A stretch of 64,000 bases of DNA from an uncultured Gammaproteobacteria bacterium (GCA_964504985.1 CAZDFU010000003.1:822-64821), one strand, 5' to 3'; positions 43,653-52,880 are shown, counted from the stretch's first letter. The notes: generated by a model from the sequence alone, not told the origin. Numbers and translations are program-made.

Positions 43653-43841
43653 TTAAGGCTTAGGTTCCTGTTTTTCAAATACTTCTAGCTTTCCCACATG
43701 GAATGCGGGAGCCTTAAGTTGTTGTGGCGCATCAATTCTATCAGGCAATTCCCGCCTGACAAATTCAGGACTTATTGGATGCCCAAGCTCGCGTGCTCTG
43801 TTGCTCATATCAGAACCAATATATATAAGTCTTTCTGTCAT
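43653..43841 (-). CDS. Small hypothetical protein between attenuator and thrS
   Basis: AAAGGAGG SD before ATG at 43841 (MTERLIYIG...). Confidence 0.55.
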   Translation of the reverse strand: MTERLIYIGSDMSNRARELGHPISPEFVRRELPDRIDAPQQLKAPAFHVGKLEVFEKQEPKP

Positions 43842-43863
43842 TTTTACCTCCTTTCTTTGCATT

Positions 43864-43887
43864 AAAAAAGCCTCCTTCCGGAGGCTT
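43864..43887 (-). terminator. Intrinsic terminator of the Thr attenuator
   Basis: Minus strand AAGCCTCC-GGAA-GGAGGCTT followed by a T run. Confidence 0.85.
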
Positions 43888-43913
43888 GTCTTTGTTTAGT
43901 GTCTGACCTAAAC

Positions 43914-43982
43914 TTACACTACAAAACCTCCCCTATTAAAAGTGGTAATTGTAGTACAACAATTTTGAGAAAAATTAATCAT
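43914..43982 (-). CDS. Thr-rich attenuator leader peptide MINFSQNCCTTITTFNRGGFVV (thrL-like)
   Basis: 22 codons with ACT ACA ATT ACC ACT cluster; mutually exclusive hairpins and terminator follow; upstream of thrS. Confidence 0.75.
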   Translation of the reverse strand: MINFSQNCCTTITTFNRGGFVV

Positions 43983-43983
43983 T

Positions 43984-44193
43984 TTATTTAAACTGCTCAA
44001 AAAAAGTATTTAATCCTGTAAATGCTCCTATGAGATTTAAGAAATATATTATAACACCAACTACAACAGATGCTCCCAAAGCTGACCCCACTCCCCAGGC
44101 TATTCCTCCTAAAAAATTCCCAATAATAATATCCTTTTTCTTAATTTCCATATTAGCTGTTAGGTGTCTTTTGATTTCCTTAGTAGCCTTCAC
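43984..44193 (-). CDS. DUF5665-like small membrane protein
   Basis: NFLGGIAWGVGSALGASVV. Confidence 0.7.
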   Translation of the reverse strand: MKATKEIKRHLTANMEIKKKDIIIGNFLGGIAWGVGSALGASVVVGVIIYFLNLIGAFTGLNTFFEQFK

Positions 44194-44285
44194 TGGATAT
44201 ATATTAAGTGGTAAAGAAGAGATTGTAAAGGTGATTAGTATTTAGCTTTCCCACATGGAATGTGGGAGCCTCAAGTAAGGTGGTG

Positions 44286-44358
44286 TGGGCAGTAAGGGAC
44301 TTGAACCCCTGACATCGTTCACGTCAAGAACGCGCTCTACCAGCTGAGCTAACTGCCC
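44286..44358 (-). tRNA. tRNA-Val (GAC)
   Basis: GGGCAGT/ACTGCCC acceptor; CGTTC-TTGACGT-GAACG; GGTTCAAGTCC. Confidence 0.95.
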
Positions 44359-44441
44359 TAAAATTTCAATGAATCACAATGCAATTTCAAACTATGATGA
44401 TCCGAAGGTTATTTTATGTTATGACTATAATTTATTCAAGT

Positions 44442-45095
44442 TTAACCTGTGGCTTTAGTAAAGTGACCAAAATCTTCCGCGCCTTTAAGTAATTCATTCT
44501 CACCCATCATGCCCCCTGGTTGTTTTCCTGTAACTTGAGCTATTTGATTTTGTCTTTTTTCCTTTAACTGCTGCTCAGAAAGTTTTGAATTTGCCTGTTC
44601 AAAATATGTTTGTACATCAACCCTTAAAGCACCATTTTCATTCACAGTTCCTTCATAGCTGAGGTTAGAGATACCCCCAATTGTTTTATTAACATTCTCT
44701 ATCATTTGAGCCCTCATCTTTTTTTGTTCCTCCTCTGATCTAACCTGGGTTTGTTGTTGAGCTATTTCCTTTTGTTTTGCCACCCTTTTTTGATTATTCT
44801 GGACCTCCTCTTTTTCTTTGGGGTTGTTAAACTTTATTTCTGTTTGGCCTCCGATTTGGGTTTTTGAGGTTTCTTTAGAAGTTCCTGCAATATCTACAAA
44901 TAACTCACCTATAGCATTACCTGCATCAGCCAGAAAACTTCCTCCATTTTTTACTAATTGAACAGGATCAGGAGTAAAACTGGATAAATCAGGAAATAGG
45001 CTTGAAGAATTACTATCTGAATTTGCTTCAGACTCAAAACGTCTTTCATCATATTCCCAGGGTGCAGTTTGAGGCACAAGTGAGTTGTTATTCAT
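44442..45095 (-). CDS. Hypothetical protein
   Basis: 217 aa Q/E/K-rich ORF. Confidence 0.65.
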   Translation of the reverse strand: MNNNSLVPQTAPWEYDERRFESEANSDSNSSSLFPDLSSFTPDPVQLVKNGGSFLADAGNAIGELFVDIAGTSKETSKTQIGGQTEIKFNNPKEKEEVQNNQKRVAKQKEIAQQQTQVRSEEEQKKMRAQMIENVNKTIGGISNLSYEGTVNENGALRVDVQTYFEQANSKLSEQQLKEKRQNQIAQVTGKQPGGMMGENELLKGAEDFGHFTKATG

Positions 45096-45300
45096 ATTAT
45101 TGGAATTTTACTACTTCCGCCTTAGAAGTCAAATCAAAATATTGTAAGAAATTAATTAGTGCTGAGAGGATAAAGTCCTGATTGAACCTGTCCTCTGTAT
45201 CAATAGCCTCAATTATACAACTTTCCTTCCTAATCTGCAAGAAACGCAGCTGTTGCCCGCACAATAAAACACTATTTGTATATAGATCTAGTGTAGTGTA

Positions 45301-45330
45301 TTGACAAGTTTAGTTGTTTATAGTAAAGTT
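45301..45330 (+). promoter_or_regulatory. Sigma70-type promoter of HTH-PIN operon
   Basis: TTGACA at 45301, 17-nt spacer, TAAAGT, then ATG 6 nt later (leaderless geometry). Confidence 0.6.
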
Positions 45331-45335
45331 TAGAT

Positions 45336-45596
45336 ATGTTTAGTAATGTCAAGAAAGTGTATACTCCAGAACAAGTAGCAGAAATGCTGCAGCTTAATAA
45401 AGCTACCATTTATGATCTTATTTCCCGGGGCGAGATAATTGCCAAAAGAATCGGTAAGGTCTATAGAATACCTGCCAGTTCTATTTCTTTTGTCTTTACT
45501 GGTTTAGATGCAGACCTTTTGGAAGCCCAAAAAGAAGACCTAAAGAAGCTTTCTGAAATAGAAACGGAAATTTCCAAAGCTAGAGCAAAACTGTAA
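45336..45596 (+). CDS. Excisionase-like HTH protein (putative antitoxin)
   Basis: YTPEQVAEMLQLNKATIYDLISRGEIIAKRIGKVYRIP. Confidence 0.85.
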   Translation: MFSNVKKVYTPEQVAEMLQLNKATIYDLISRGEIIAKRIGKVYRIPASSISFVFTGLDADLLEAQKEDLKKLSEIETEISKARAKL

Positions 45597-46021
45597 TGGC
45601 TCTTAAGGTTTTTATTGACTCTGATGTGGTTATATCATCACTTATTTCTTCTGAGGGAGCAGCATACCTTCTAATTAATAATGTTTTAGACTTAGAACTC
45701 TATATTTCCAACCTATCTTTAAAAGAACTAGAAGTAGTGGCAGAAAGATTAAAGTTAGAGAAAAATCTGCTTACAGAATTGGTAAGCAAAAGGTTCCAAA
45801 AGGTAGATTTAAAAGACTCTAATGAAAAAATAAAACACTTATTTGATGATTATGTCCTGGATATAGATGATGCCCATATAGCTGCTGGAGCAAAGGAGGG
45901 CAAGGTTAGATTTTTAATATCATATAATCTCAGGCATTACAAATTAGATAAAATCAAAAAAGATTTTGGTATTATTGTACTTACTCCTGCTCAGTTCCTG
46001 CAATACTTACGGAGCCTTTAA
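45596..46021 (+). CDS. PIN domain putative toxin
   Basis: VFIDSDVVIS, DDAHIAAGA, LISYNLRHY; TAATG coupling to the HTH gene. Confidence 0.88.
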   Translation: MALKVFIDSDVVISSLISSEGAAYLLINNVLDLELYISNLSLKELEVVAERLKLEKNLLTELVSKRFQKVDLKDSNEKIKHLFDDYVLDIDDAHIAAGAKEGKVRFLISYNLRHYKLDKIKKDFGIIVLTPAQFLQYLRSL

Positions 46022-46074
46022 AACATAGAGTCCTATAGTTGATAACTACAATCTTCTTTGTTAGGATTATTGTC

Positions 46075-46938
46075 ATGAATGAGGCTCTAGCACCATATAT
46101 AGCTAAACATATTGACTTTCCCAGCTCAGAAAAATCTGGTGGAGCACAGCGATATCTAACTCTAGCGAAAAGGATTTCAACTCCTAAGGGAACAGCTACA
46201 GAGTTAGTATTTCATTATACTAGAATTTTGGATGATGCTGTGGATGAATCGTCGGAAGTGTTGCCAATAAAAAAAGCCTTAAAAGAGGAGAGAGATGGTT
46301 TAAAGGCCGGACCTTTTACAGTATTACAACAAGAATTACTTGCTCCTGGGATTGAAATTTACCCTTGGTATATACAAGATCAGATTAGGCTTGAAATGCG
46401 AAAAGTAATTACAGGACTATTAATGGATTTGGAACTTAGATATGTTAGCACCGCTCCTGAAGAATCAGATTTAAAATATAGAAATTTAATGGATTTTTGG
46501 GCAGCGTTTAATATCTTAAATCTAGGTTGGTCAGGCAAAAAATTAACTGCTAAACGTAAAGCAGTGGAGTTAGTTAATGCCTGGGCAACTCATGACAATA
46601 CTTTAGATTTAGCAGAGGATTTAAATGGCGGGTTAATACTCGTGAATAAGGGTAACTGTGAAAGGTTTGGACTAGAATTTATGGATGGAGAACTTGTAAA
46701 CCCTCAAGGATTGAGAATGTACTCGCAATACCAGAAAACCAAACTTGCCACAGTTTTCAGAGAAAATAGAAGTGCTGTTTTTGGAATTGGTCTACCTGTT
46801 TGGAGTGCAGCCCTGATGTTCCTATATTTTGGAAGACGGCCAAAGGTAAAAGCCATTGATTCATTTACAGGGGAAGGGATAGTTTTTAGAGCGCCATTAG
46901 ATTCTATCCATAGGATTACTGATAAGCACAAGAGTTGA
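46075..46938 (+). CDS. Class I isoprenoid synthase-like (squalene/phytoene synthase fold) protein
   Basis: YTRILDDAVDE (DDxxD) and HDNTLDLAEDL second Asp-rich motif. Confidence 0.55.
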   Translation: MNEALAPYIAKHIDFPSSEKSGGAQRYLTLAKRISTPKGTATELVFHYTRILDDAVDESSEVLPIKKALKEERDGLKAGPFTVLQQELLAPGIEIYPWYIQDQIRLEMRKVITGLLMDLELRYVSTAPEESDLKYRNLMDFWAAFNILNLGWSGKKLTAKRKAVELVNAWATHDNTLDLAEDLNGGLILVNKGNCERFGLEFMDGELVNPQGLRMYSQYQKTKLATVFRENRSAVFGIGLPVWSAALMFLYFGRRPKVKAIDSFTGEGIVFRAPLDSIHRITDKHKS

Positions 46939-47025
46939 ACCTAAAATTAGCCTTAAACACTGTGTTCTTCTAGCCGTTGTCCCTCTCCCCGTCCACCCAC
47001 TTGTGGTGAGATGGGACGGGATAGG

Positions 47026-47108
47026 TGCGGACGAGAGGAGTTGAACCTCCACGCCCTTGCGGGCAATAGGTCCTAAACCTATCGTGTATGCCGTTTCACC
47101 ACGTCCGC
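47026..47108 (-). tRNA. tRNA-Leu (TAG)
   Basis: GCGGACG/CGTCCGC; ATAGG-TTTAGGA-CCTAT; long V arm GCCCGCAAGGGC. Confidence 0.95.
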
Positions 47109-47130
47109 ATATGGGACTTATTTTAACAGA

Positions 47131-47889
47131 TCAGCCAAATTTTTTAATTGTGTTGTTGTGGGTTTTGTTTTCCAACTCATCATCAAGCGGGGCAAGATTA
47201 ATTTCTTTTCCATATTTTACCTCTAAAGCTTTTTTCAAAAGCCAGTCAGCTAACTTTGGATTTTTAGGTAAAAGTGAACCATGCATATAAGCCCCAATGG
47301 CATTTTTATAAATACAACCTTCTGTTTGATCTTCACCATTATTACCAAAGCCTTTAGACACCAGTCCTAAAGGAGTTGCCCCCTTTTTAAGAAAAGTTTT
47401 ACCTGAATGATTTTCAAAACCAACTAACTTGCCAAACATTGTATCAATAACAATATTCCCAATCATTCTTTGATCAGAAGCTAAGGTATAGGCTGGGAAA
47501 AGTCCAACTCCTTTAAGTCTGGGGCCTTTATGAGGTTGATAATATTCTCCCAATAGTTGATAGCCTCCACAAATAGAAAGCAGAGGTATCCCCCTTTCTA
47601 CTTCTTTTTTAATAAACTTTCCTTTACCAGAAGTTATTAAATCTTTAGCTACCAGCTCTTGTTGTTGATCCTGCCCTCCCCCAAAAAAATATAGGTCTGC
47701 TTTTTGTCCACCTGGGAGGTGTCTACCTAGTCCACCTGGGAGGTGGACTGCGTTGGTACCTAGGGAAATATTAATAATTTTTACTTTAATTCCCCTCCAC
47801 TGGGCACGTTTTTTTAAGGTAATAATATTGCCTGTGTCTCCATAAATATTCATCAAATCACCATATAAATAACCCACAACAATTTTCAA
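47131..47889 (-). CDS. gatD: Lipid II isoglutaminyl synthase subunit GatD (CobQ-like glutamine amidotransferase)
   Basis: MNIYGDTGN, GGGQD, ICGGYQLLG, GFENHSG, YMHGSLLPKN. Confidence 0.93.
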   Translation of the reverse strand: MKIVVGYLYGDLMNIYGDTGNIITLKKRAQWRGIKVKIINISLGTNAVHLPGGLGRHLPGGQKADLYFFGGGQDQQQELVAKDLITSGKGKFIKKEVERGIPLLSICGGYQLLGEYYQPHKGPRLKGVGLFPAYTLASDQRMIGNIVIDTMFGKLVGFENHSGKTFLKKGATPLGLVSKGFGNNGEDQTEGCIYKNAIGAYMHGSLLPKNPKLADWLLKKALEVKYGKEINLAPLDDELENKTHNNTIKKFG

Positions 47890-47893
47890 TTTA

Positions 47894-49207
47894 TTACTCC
47901 TCCTCCCAATAATTTTTTTTAATGTCTGATTTTACCAGTATTCTTTGTAGATCAAGCATGGCTGTATAAGTAGGCAGGATAAATAGCTGCCCTTTTAAGC
48001 CCTTTTGAGCCTCTTTAAGAGCCTTTTTCAGGTTCTCTTCTACCTTTATCTGGTTAATATTAAATCCTGCATATTTGAGCCTGACAGCCATATCATATGC
48101 CCTGGTGCCGGAACAAACAATTTTCAATTCTCCTCTACCGCGGGTTTTCTGATCTTTCACAGAATAGTCTGCGTCTATTTTTAATTTTTCAAACTCCCCA
48201 TCCCAGATCCAGGATACATCTGTTCCATCTGCCAAATTATCATTTAGGGCGAAAAGCAACCTGTCTGCTGGTTTAATCTGCGGGGCAATTGTTTCAAAAA
48301 CCTGGGTAGCACCTGCTGGGTTTTTGATTAGGAAAATATACCCGAAAGGTAATTTTTCTACCCTGCCAAAAGCTGGCTGGTAATTTAAAAGAGAAGAAAT
48401 AATTTTGGCTGCAGAAATGTTTAGGTTAGAGGCACATGCTATGGCAGCTGTAGCATCATATATATGGTAAATACCTGGAATGGGTAGGTTAACAGATAAT
48501 AGTTTATTATTAGTAGGCAGTAGAAAAGAGCTTCCTAAAAGTCCTTTTGTTTTGACTTTTTTTGCTTCAAAATCAGGTTTATACCTTCTTTTTTTCCCTA
48601 TACCCTCCCCTGCTATTTTAGAACCCTCTACCCCAAAAGTTTTAACACGTCCTTTAAAGGCCTCTTTTAGTTTTAAAGTATTGGCATCATCACCATTTAC
48701 CAAAATTATTGTTTCAGGAGAAAGTTTTTTTAATGTCTCACACCACCTTTTAACAATAGTATCTACCTCCCCATACCTGTCCAACTGGTCTCTGAAAATA
48801 TTTAAAAATACCACCATAGCAGGATTCAGTTTAGGAGCAACAGAGTTAAAAGCAGCCTCATCCAACTCCCATATCCCCAGATCATAGTTAAAATTCCCAT
48901 TTGAAATGCGGGAGGCTGAAATTAGGGTTGAGGCTATGCCTCTTTCCAAATTTGAGCCTGTATGGTTTCTGATTACCTTAAGGTTTGATGTTTTGGCAAT
49001 ATGGGCCAGCATTCTGGCTGTGGTGGTTTTACCATTTGTACCAGTGATAATAATATTTTTAGGGATATTAAGACTAAGTTTTTGAACAAGAGAAGGGTCT
49101 ATTTTAAGAGCATATAAACCAGGGGCTGCAGAGCCGCCACTCAACTTTAATTTTCTAACAAAAGAACGGATTAGTTTACCGGCTAAAACTGCAGTGAATG
49201 TTCTCAT
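47894..49207 (-). CDS. murT: Lipid II isoglutaminyl synthase subunit MurT
   Basis: TGTNGKTTT, RDQLDRYGE, LIKNPAG, DGTDVSWIWD, PTYTAM. Confidence 0.93.
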   Translation of the reverse strand: MRTFTAVLAGKLIRSFVRKLKLSGGSAAPGLYALKIDPSLVQKLSLNIPKNIIITGTNGKTTTARMLAHIAKTSNLKVIRNHTGSNLERGIASTLISASRISNGNFNYDLGIWELDEAAFNSVAPKLNPAMVVFLNIFRDQLDRYGEVDTIVKRWCETLKKLSPETIILVNGDDANTLKLKEAFKGRVKTFGVEGSKIAGEGIGKKRRYKPDFEAKKVKTKGLLGSSFLLPTNNKLLSVNLPIPGIYHIYDATAAIACASNLNISAAKIISSLLNYQPAFGRVEKLPFGYIFLIKNPAGATQVFETIAPQIKPADRLLFALNDNLADGTDVSWIWDGEFEKLKIDADYSVKDQKTRGRGELKIVCSGTRAYDMAVRLKYAGFNINQIKVEENLKKALKEAQKGLKGQLFILPTYTAMLDLQRILVKSDIKKNYWEEE

Positions 49208-49223
49208 CTTCTCAATCCAGAGG

Positions 49224-49838
49224 TTATCTTAACACAGGGGTTCCAGAAACAGCAGCAATTTTAGGGCTCTCTTGGGAACTTAGTAAATTATTTTGGTCTG
49301 CCTCATATTGAGCTGCAAAGGTATTCAGATCATTCATAAAGAAAGTTACATTAGCCCCCCACCTGGGTGAGGCAGCATAAACCCTGTTTATTGCATAAGG
49401 ATCTGTTAACCCCTTATTTAAGTACCCCTCCCTTAATCCTTTGGCAAGGGTAAAGATCCCATCCCTCCAGGAACTAAAATAAATAGCCTGAGTGCCATAT
49501 ACTCCCCATCCCCAGGCATTATAGCCTCCAGGTATCTGTTTACCAAAAGTAGATTCAACACCAGCAATAGAGGGGATTAGCTTCCAGTCCAAGTCATACA
49601 TTCTGGCAGCATCCACAAAATCCTGGGCATGATATTGCAAGGGTGAATCAAAGCGTGCCAGATATTTAGCTAAAATCTCAGCTTCTTTATTAAGTTTGCC
49701 TGCTGATATTTCTACGCCAGGATTGTTGGTTGGCAGATCAAGTTTAACTATTGTTTCTTCTGCTCCTGCTTTATGAAAAGTTGTAGGTGAGGAAAGGGCA
49801 AGAAAGAGAAAAGCTAAAATTGTTAGTTTTTTGCTCAT
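49224..49838 (-). CDS. Secreted lysozyme-like/glucosaminidase-domain protein
   Basis: Signal peptide; DWKLIPSIAGVESTFGK, YNAWGWG, YAASPRW. Confidence 0.7.
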   Translation of the reverse strand: MSKKLTILAFLFLALSSPTTFHKAGAEETIVKLDLPTNNPGVEISAGKLNKEAEILAKYLARFDSPLQYHAQDFVDAARMYDLDWKLIPSIAGVESTFGKQIPGGYNAWGWGVYGTQAIYFSSWRDGIFTLAKGLREGYLNKGLTDPYAINRVYAASPRWGANVTFFMNDLNTFAAQYEADQNNLLSSQESPKIAAVSGTPVLR

Positions 49839-49950
49839 TAAAAAATCCTGATTCAGCTTTAGGGCAGATATCAGGATTAAGGGGGTATTTTAGCAGATTT
49901 AACTTAAGAAGTCAAACATTATAGGGTAATATCTGGGCAAAATGAGTGGT

Positions 49951-50970
49951 TTAGGGGAGTTTTAAGATCACTTCTGCTAACTTTCTGCTGTTATGTCTGA
50001 ATAGATGCTCCCTGATATGATATATAGCCAGGTGTTCCTTAATTATTTTTGTATGCGGGGCAACTTTCTGGCATTCTTCCAGATCAATTTCCACAGGCTG
50101 CTGTTTATCTTTTTTATAAACTTTTAAAACTTCTTTATCCAAGCCATTGCTGTTTGCCAGCACATAATTTATATGTTTACCTTCCCCTAAATAATAAATA
50201 AAGGCTTTAAGGTAATCTGAGGCTTTAAAGTTATCTGTTTCCCCCATTTTAGTCATCAGATTTAAAACTAAATATACTTTTGCCTTAGATTGTTCTATAG
50301 CTTCTTTAATACCGCTGACTAAAAGGTGTGGCAGGACTGAGGTATATAAGTCTCCTGCTGAGAAAATAACTTTATCTGCTTCAAGTATGGCAGAAATTGC
50401 TTCTGGATTTGGGTCAGCAGCAGTTTCAAAATAAATCCTTGAGATTTTTTGTTTAGGGTTATAATCCTTTTTTTGGGCTCTTAAATCTATATTAGATTCA
50501 CCATTAAGCTCTTTGCCTCCCTCAAGTTTGGCCATCAAATTTAATTCAGAAATACTGACAGGATAAACTCTAGCTTTTATTCTAAAAAGCAGCCTTTCAG
50601 CTTCAACAGCCCTGTCAGGGCCTTTATAAATATGCTCCAGTCTTGCTGCTATCAAATTCCCTAAAGCATGTCCTTTTAGAGGACTTCTCATATTATCCAT
50701 CCTGTCATCAAAAAGTTTTTGGGCAACCTGACGCTGTTTGGGGTCCCCCATCAGGGCCAATAGGCACTGCCTGATATCCCCAGGGGGTAAAACACCAAGC
50801 TCTGTTCTTAATCTGCCAGAAGATCCTCCAGAGTCCCAGGTTCCTACAACAGCAGTAATAAGTTCTGGTTTGTTTAGTTCAACCAAACCTCTAAGAAGTG
50901 AAAAGTGGCCAGTTCCTCCACCCAGGGTGACAATTTTTTGGGCAAAAGGATGCTTTGTATTTGCTGCCAT
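49951..50970 (-). CDS. YvcK/GlmR (CofD-like) family protein (start corrected to ATG at 50970)
   Basis: IVTLGGGTG, DSGGSSGRLR, LPPGDIR, GDLYTSVLPHL. The longer ORF start overlaps a tRNA. Confidence 0.9.
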   Translation of the reverse strand: MAANTKHPFAQKIVTLGGGTGHFSLLRGLVELNKPELITAVVGTWDSGGSSGRLRTELGVLPPGDIRQCLLALMGDPKQRQVAQKLFDDRMDNMRSPLKGHALGNLIAARLEHIYKGPDRAVEAERLLFRIKARVYPVSISELNLMAKLEGGKELNGESNIDLRAQKKDYNPKQKISRIYFETAADPNPEAISAILEADKVIFSAGDLYTSVLPHLLVSGIKEAIEQSKAKVYLVLNLMTKMGETDNFKASDYLKAFIYYLGEGKHINYVLANSNGLDKEVLKVYKKDKQQPVEIDLEECQKVAPHTKIIKEHLAIYHIREHLFRHNSRKLAEVILKLP

Positions 50971-51019
50971 TTGAAGAATTATATCACTTTTTCTGCTAAA
51001 ATATGCTTGGGTCAAAAAT

Positions 51020-51103
51020 GCCCCGATGCTGGAACTGGTAGACAGGCTGGCCTCAGAAGCTAGTGCCAGAAATGGCGTGGGAGTTCGAATCTCCCTTGGG
51101 GCA
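51020..51103 (+). tRNA. tRNA-Leu (CAG)
   Basis: GCCCCGA/TTGGGGC; CTGGC-CTCAGAA-GCTAG; long V arm. Confidence 0.95.
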
Positions 51104-51146
51104 CCCAATTTTAACTAATCAACCTCAGAACTATCCTTAAATTAAA

Positions 51147-51185
51147 TGTAAGTAGGCTTACAAACTTTTTGTAACTTATCTGACA
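51147..51185 (+). promoter_or_regulatory. Tandem CRP/FNR-type boxes upstream of the GT2 synthase
   Basis: TGTAA-N6-TTACA (51147) and TGTAA-N6-TGACA (51170). Confidence 0.7.
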
Positions 51186-51212
51186 GAAGGTATCAGCCAA
51201 AAAAGGTATCCT

Positions 51213-52880
51213 TTGTGGATGAATAATTATAGGATAGAACAGATTCCTGTCATGGGTAAAGAAGATAAAATTACCTACCTATATTTAGTCCTTGGGGGGA
51301 TGGTTATTACTTCCATTTTTGCAGTCTGGTGGTTTATGCCTTCTCATCTTCCCCATAATTTTAGCGGTGTTTTTCATCTGGTAGATATTATGCTTTTTGT
51401 GATGCTGAGTTTTATTGTCTGGCATCAGATAATTATGGAAGTTTTAGCCTGGTATATCTCTTTAAATATGAAAACTCCCAAACCTACCTTTGCCCCTCCA
51501 GGTTTTAAAGTGGCTTTAATGACTGCTTTTGTGCCTGGAAAAGAATCTTATGAAATACTGACAAAAAGTTTAAGAGCTATGAAAGAGGTAGATTACCCTC
51601 ATGACACCTGGCTTTTGGATGAGGGCAATGATCCCCAAGCCAAACTTATATGTAATTTATTAGGAGTAAAACATTTCTCCAGGTTTGGTATAGAAAAATA
51701 TAACCAACCAGAAGGAAGATTTAAAGCTAAAACCAAAGGTGGAAATTATAATGCCTGGTTTGATATTTATGCCAAACATTATGATATTGTAGCCCAGCAT
51801 GATGTAGATTTTGTGCCTATTAAAGGGTTTTTAACTAAAACTTTAGGATATTTTAAGGATCCTCAGGTGGCTTTTGTAGGATCTCCGCAAATTTATGGTA
51901 ACCAGGAGCAGTCCTGGATTGTAAGAGGCGCAGCTGAACAGGCTTTTAGTTTTTATGGTCCTATTCAAAAAGGCTTATTTGGAGCTGATATGCAGCTTTT
52001 TATTGGTGCCAACCATATTGTTAGGGTTAAAGCACATGATGATATTGGTGGCTACTCCGGGCATATTGTAGAAGATCATTTAACAGGTATGAAGATGTAT
52101 GTTAGAAGGTGGAAAAGTGTTTATGTACCTGAAATACTGGCTGTAGGAGAAGGGCCTGCTAGTTGGGGAGCTTACTTTAGTCAACAAATGAGATGGGCTT
52201 ATGGTTTAATTGATATTTTACTAAGGCATAGCCCTAAGTATTTACCTTTGATGAGGTTTAAACATGCTTTTAATTACTTCATGCTTCAGCAGCACTATTT
52301 TCATGGATTGGCTCAGGGTATTGGTGTAGTACTGATCCTTCTATACTTTTTCTGGGGTATTCAGGCAACTTCAATGGAATTAACAGAGCTGATTTTGTTA
52401 TATATGCCTGTGCTGATTATCCAGATTTTTGTGTTTTATTTTCTGCAGAAATTTTATATATACCCATCTAATGAGGCAGGTTGGTTAGGTAAAAGTAAAT
52501 TGTTAAATTTGGCAGTGTGGCCAATATACCTGGTGGCGTTTCTATCTGTTATTATGAAAAAACCCTTAACTTATAAAGTTACACCAAAAGGCAGCATAGA
52601 AAAAGAAATGCCCTCATTTAAACCTTTTATACCTCATTTTATCTTGGGGACTTTGACTTCTGTGGGTATCGCTGTATCCTTTTTTACCCATTATCAGGCA
52701 CCTCAGATATTCTTTTTTGCTTTCCTAAATTCTGCAGCTATGTACTTTTTTGTTGCAATGGTATTAATACAAAGGCTGCAGGCAATGTATCAGGATAATA
52801 TTTATGCTTTTCTTAAGGGTTTGAAGGAAAGTTGGGGGGTCAGAACACATGCGGATGGTGTTGCTGCTGTTTGGAGATAG
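51213..52880 (+). CDS. Cellulose synthase-like processive GT2 membrane glycosyltransferase
   Basis: LLDEG, TKGGNYN, HDVD, SPQ, VEDH, QQMRW (QxxRW), YKVTPK; multiple TM segments. Confidence 0.9.
   Translation: MWMNNYRIEQIPVMGKEDKITYLYLVLGGMVITSIFAVWWFMPSHLPHNFSGVFHLVDIMLFVMLSFIVWHQIIMEVLAWYISLNMKTPKPTFAPPGFKVALMTAFVPGKESYEILTKSLRAMKEVDYPHDTWLLDEGNDPQAKLICNLLGVKHFSRFGIEKYNQPEGRFKAKTKGGNYNAWFDIYAKHYDIVAQHDVDFVPIKGFLTKTLGYFKDPQVAFVGSPQIYGNQEQSWIVRGAAEQAFSFYGPIQKGLFGADMQLFIGANHIVRVKAHDDIGGYSGHIVEDHLTGMKMYVRRWKSVYVPEILAVGEGPASWGAYFSQQMRWAYGLIDILLRHSPKYLPLMRFKHAFNYFMLQQHYFHGLAQGIGVVLILLYFFWGIQATSMELTELILLYMPVLIIQIFVFYFLQKFYIYPSNEAGWLGKSKLLNLAVWPIYLVAFLSVIMKKPLTYKVTPKGSIEKEMPSFKPFIPHFILGTLTSVGIAVSFFTHYQAPQIFFFAFLNSAAMYFFVAMVLIQRLQAMYQDNIYAFLKGLKESWGVRTHADGVAAVWR

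Noticed and set aside
47057-47290. 77-aa plus-strand ORF
   Set aside because: Antisense to tRNA-Leu(TAG) and gatD.
50971-51108. N-terminal extension of the 385-aa YvcK ORF
   Set aside because: It is the antisense of tRNA-Leu(CAG); homology and a TATAAT box support the ATG at 50970.
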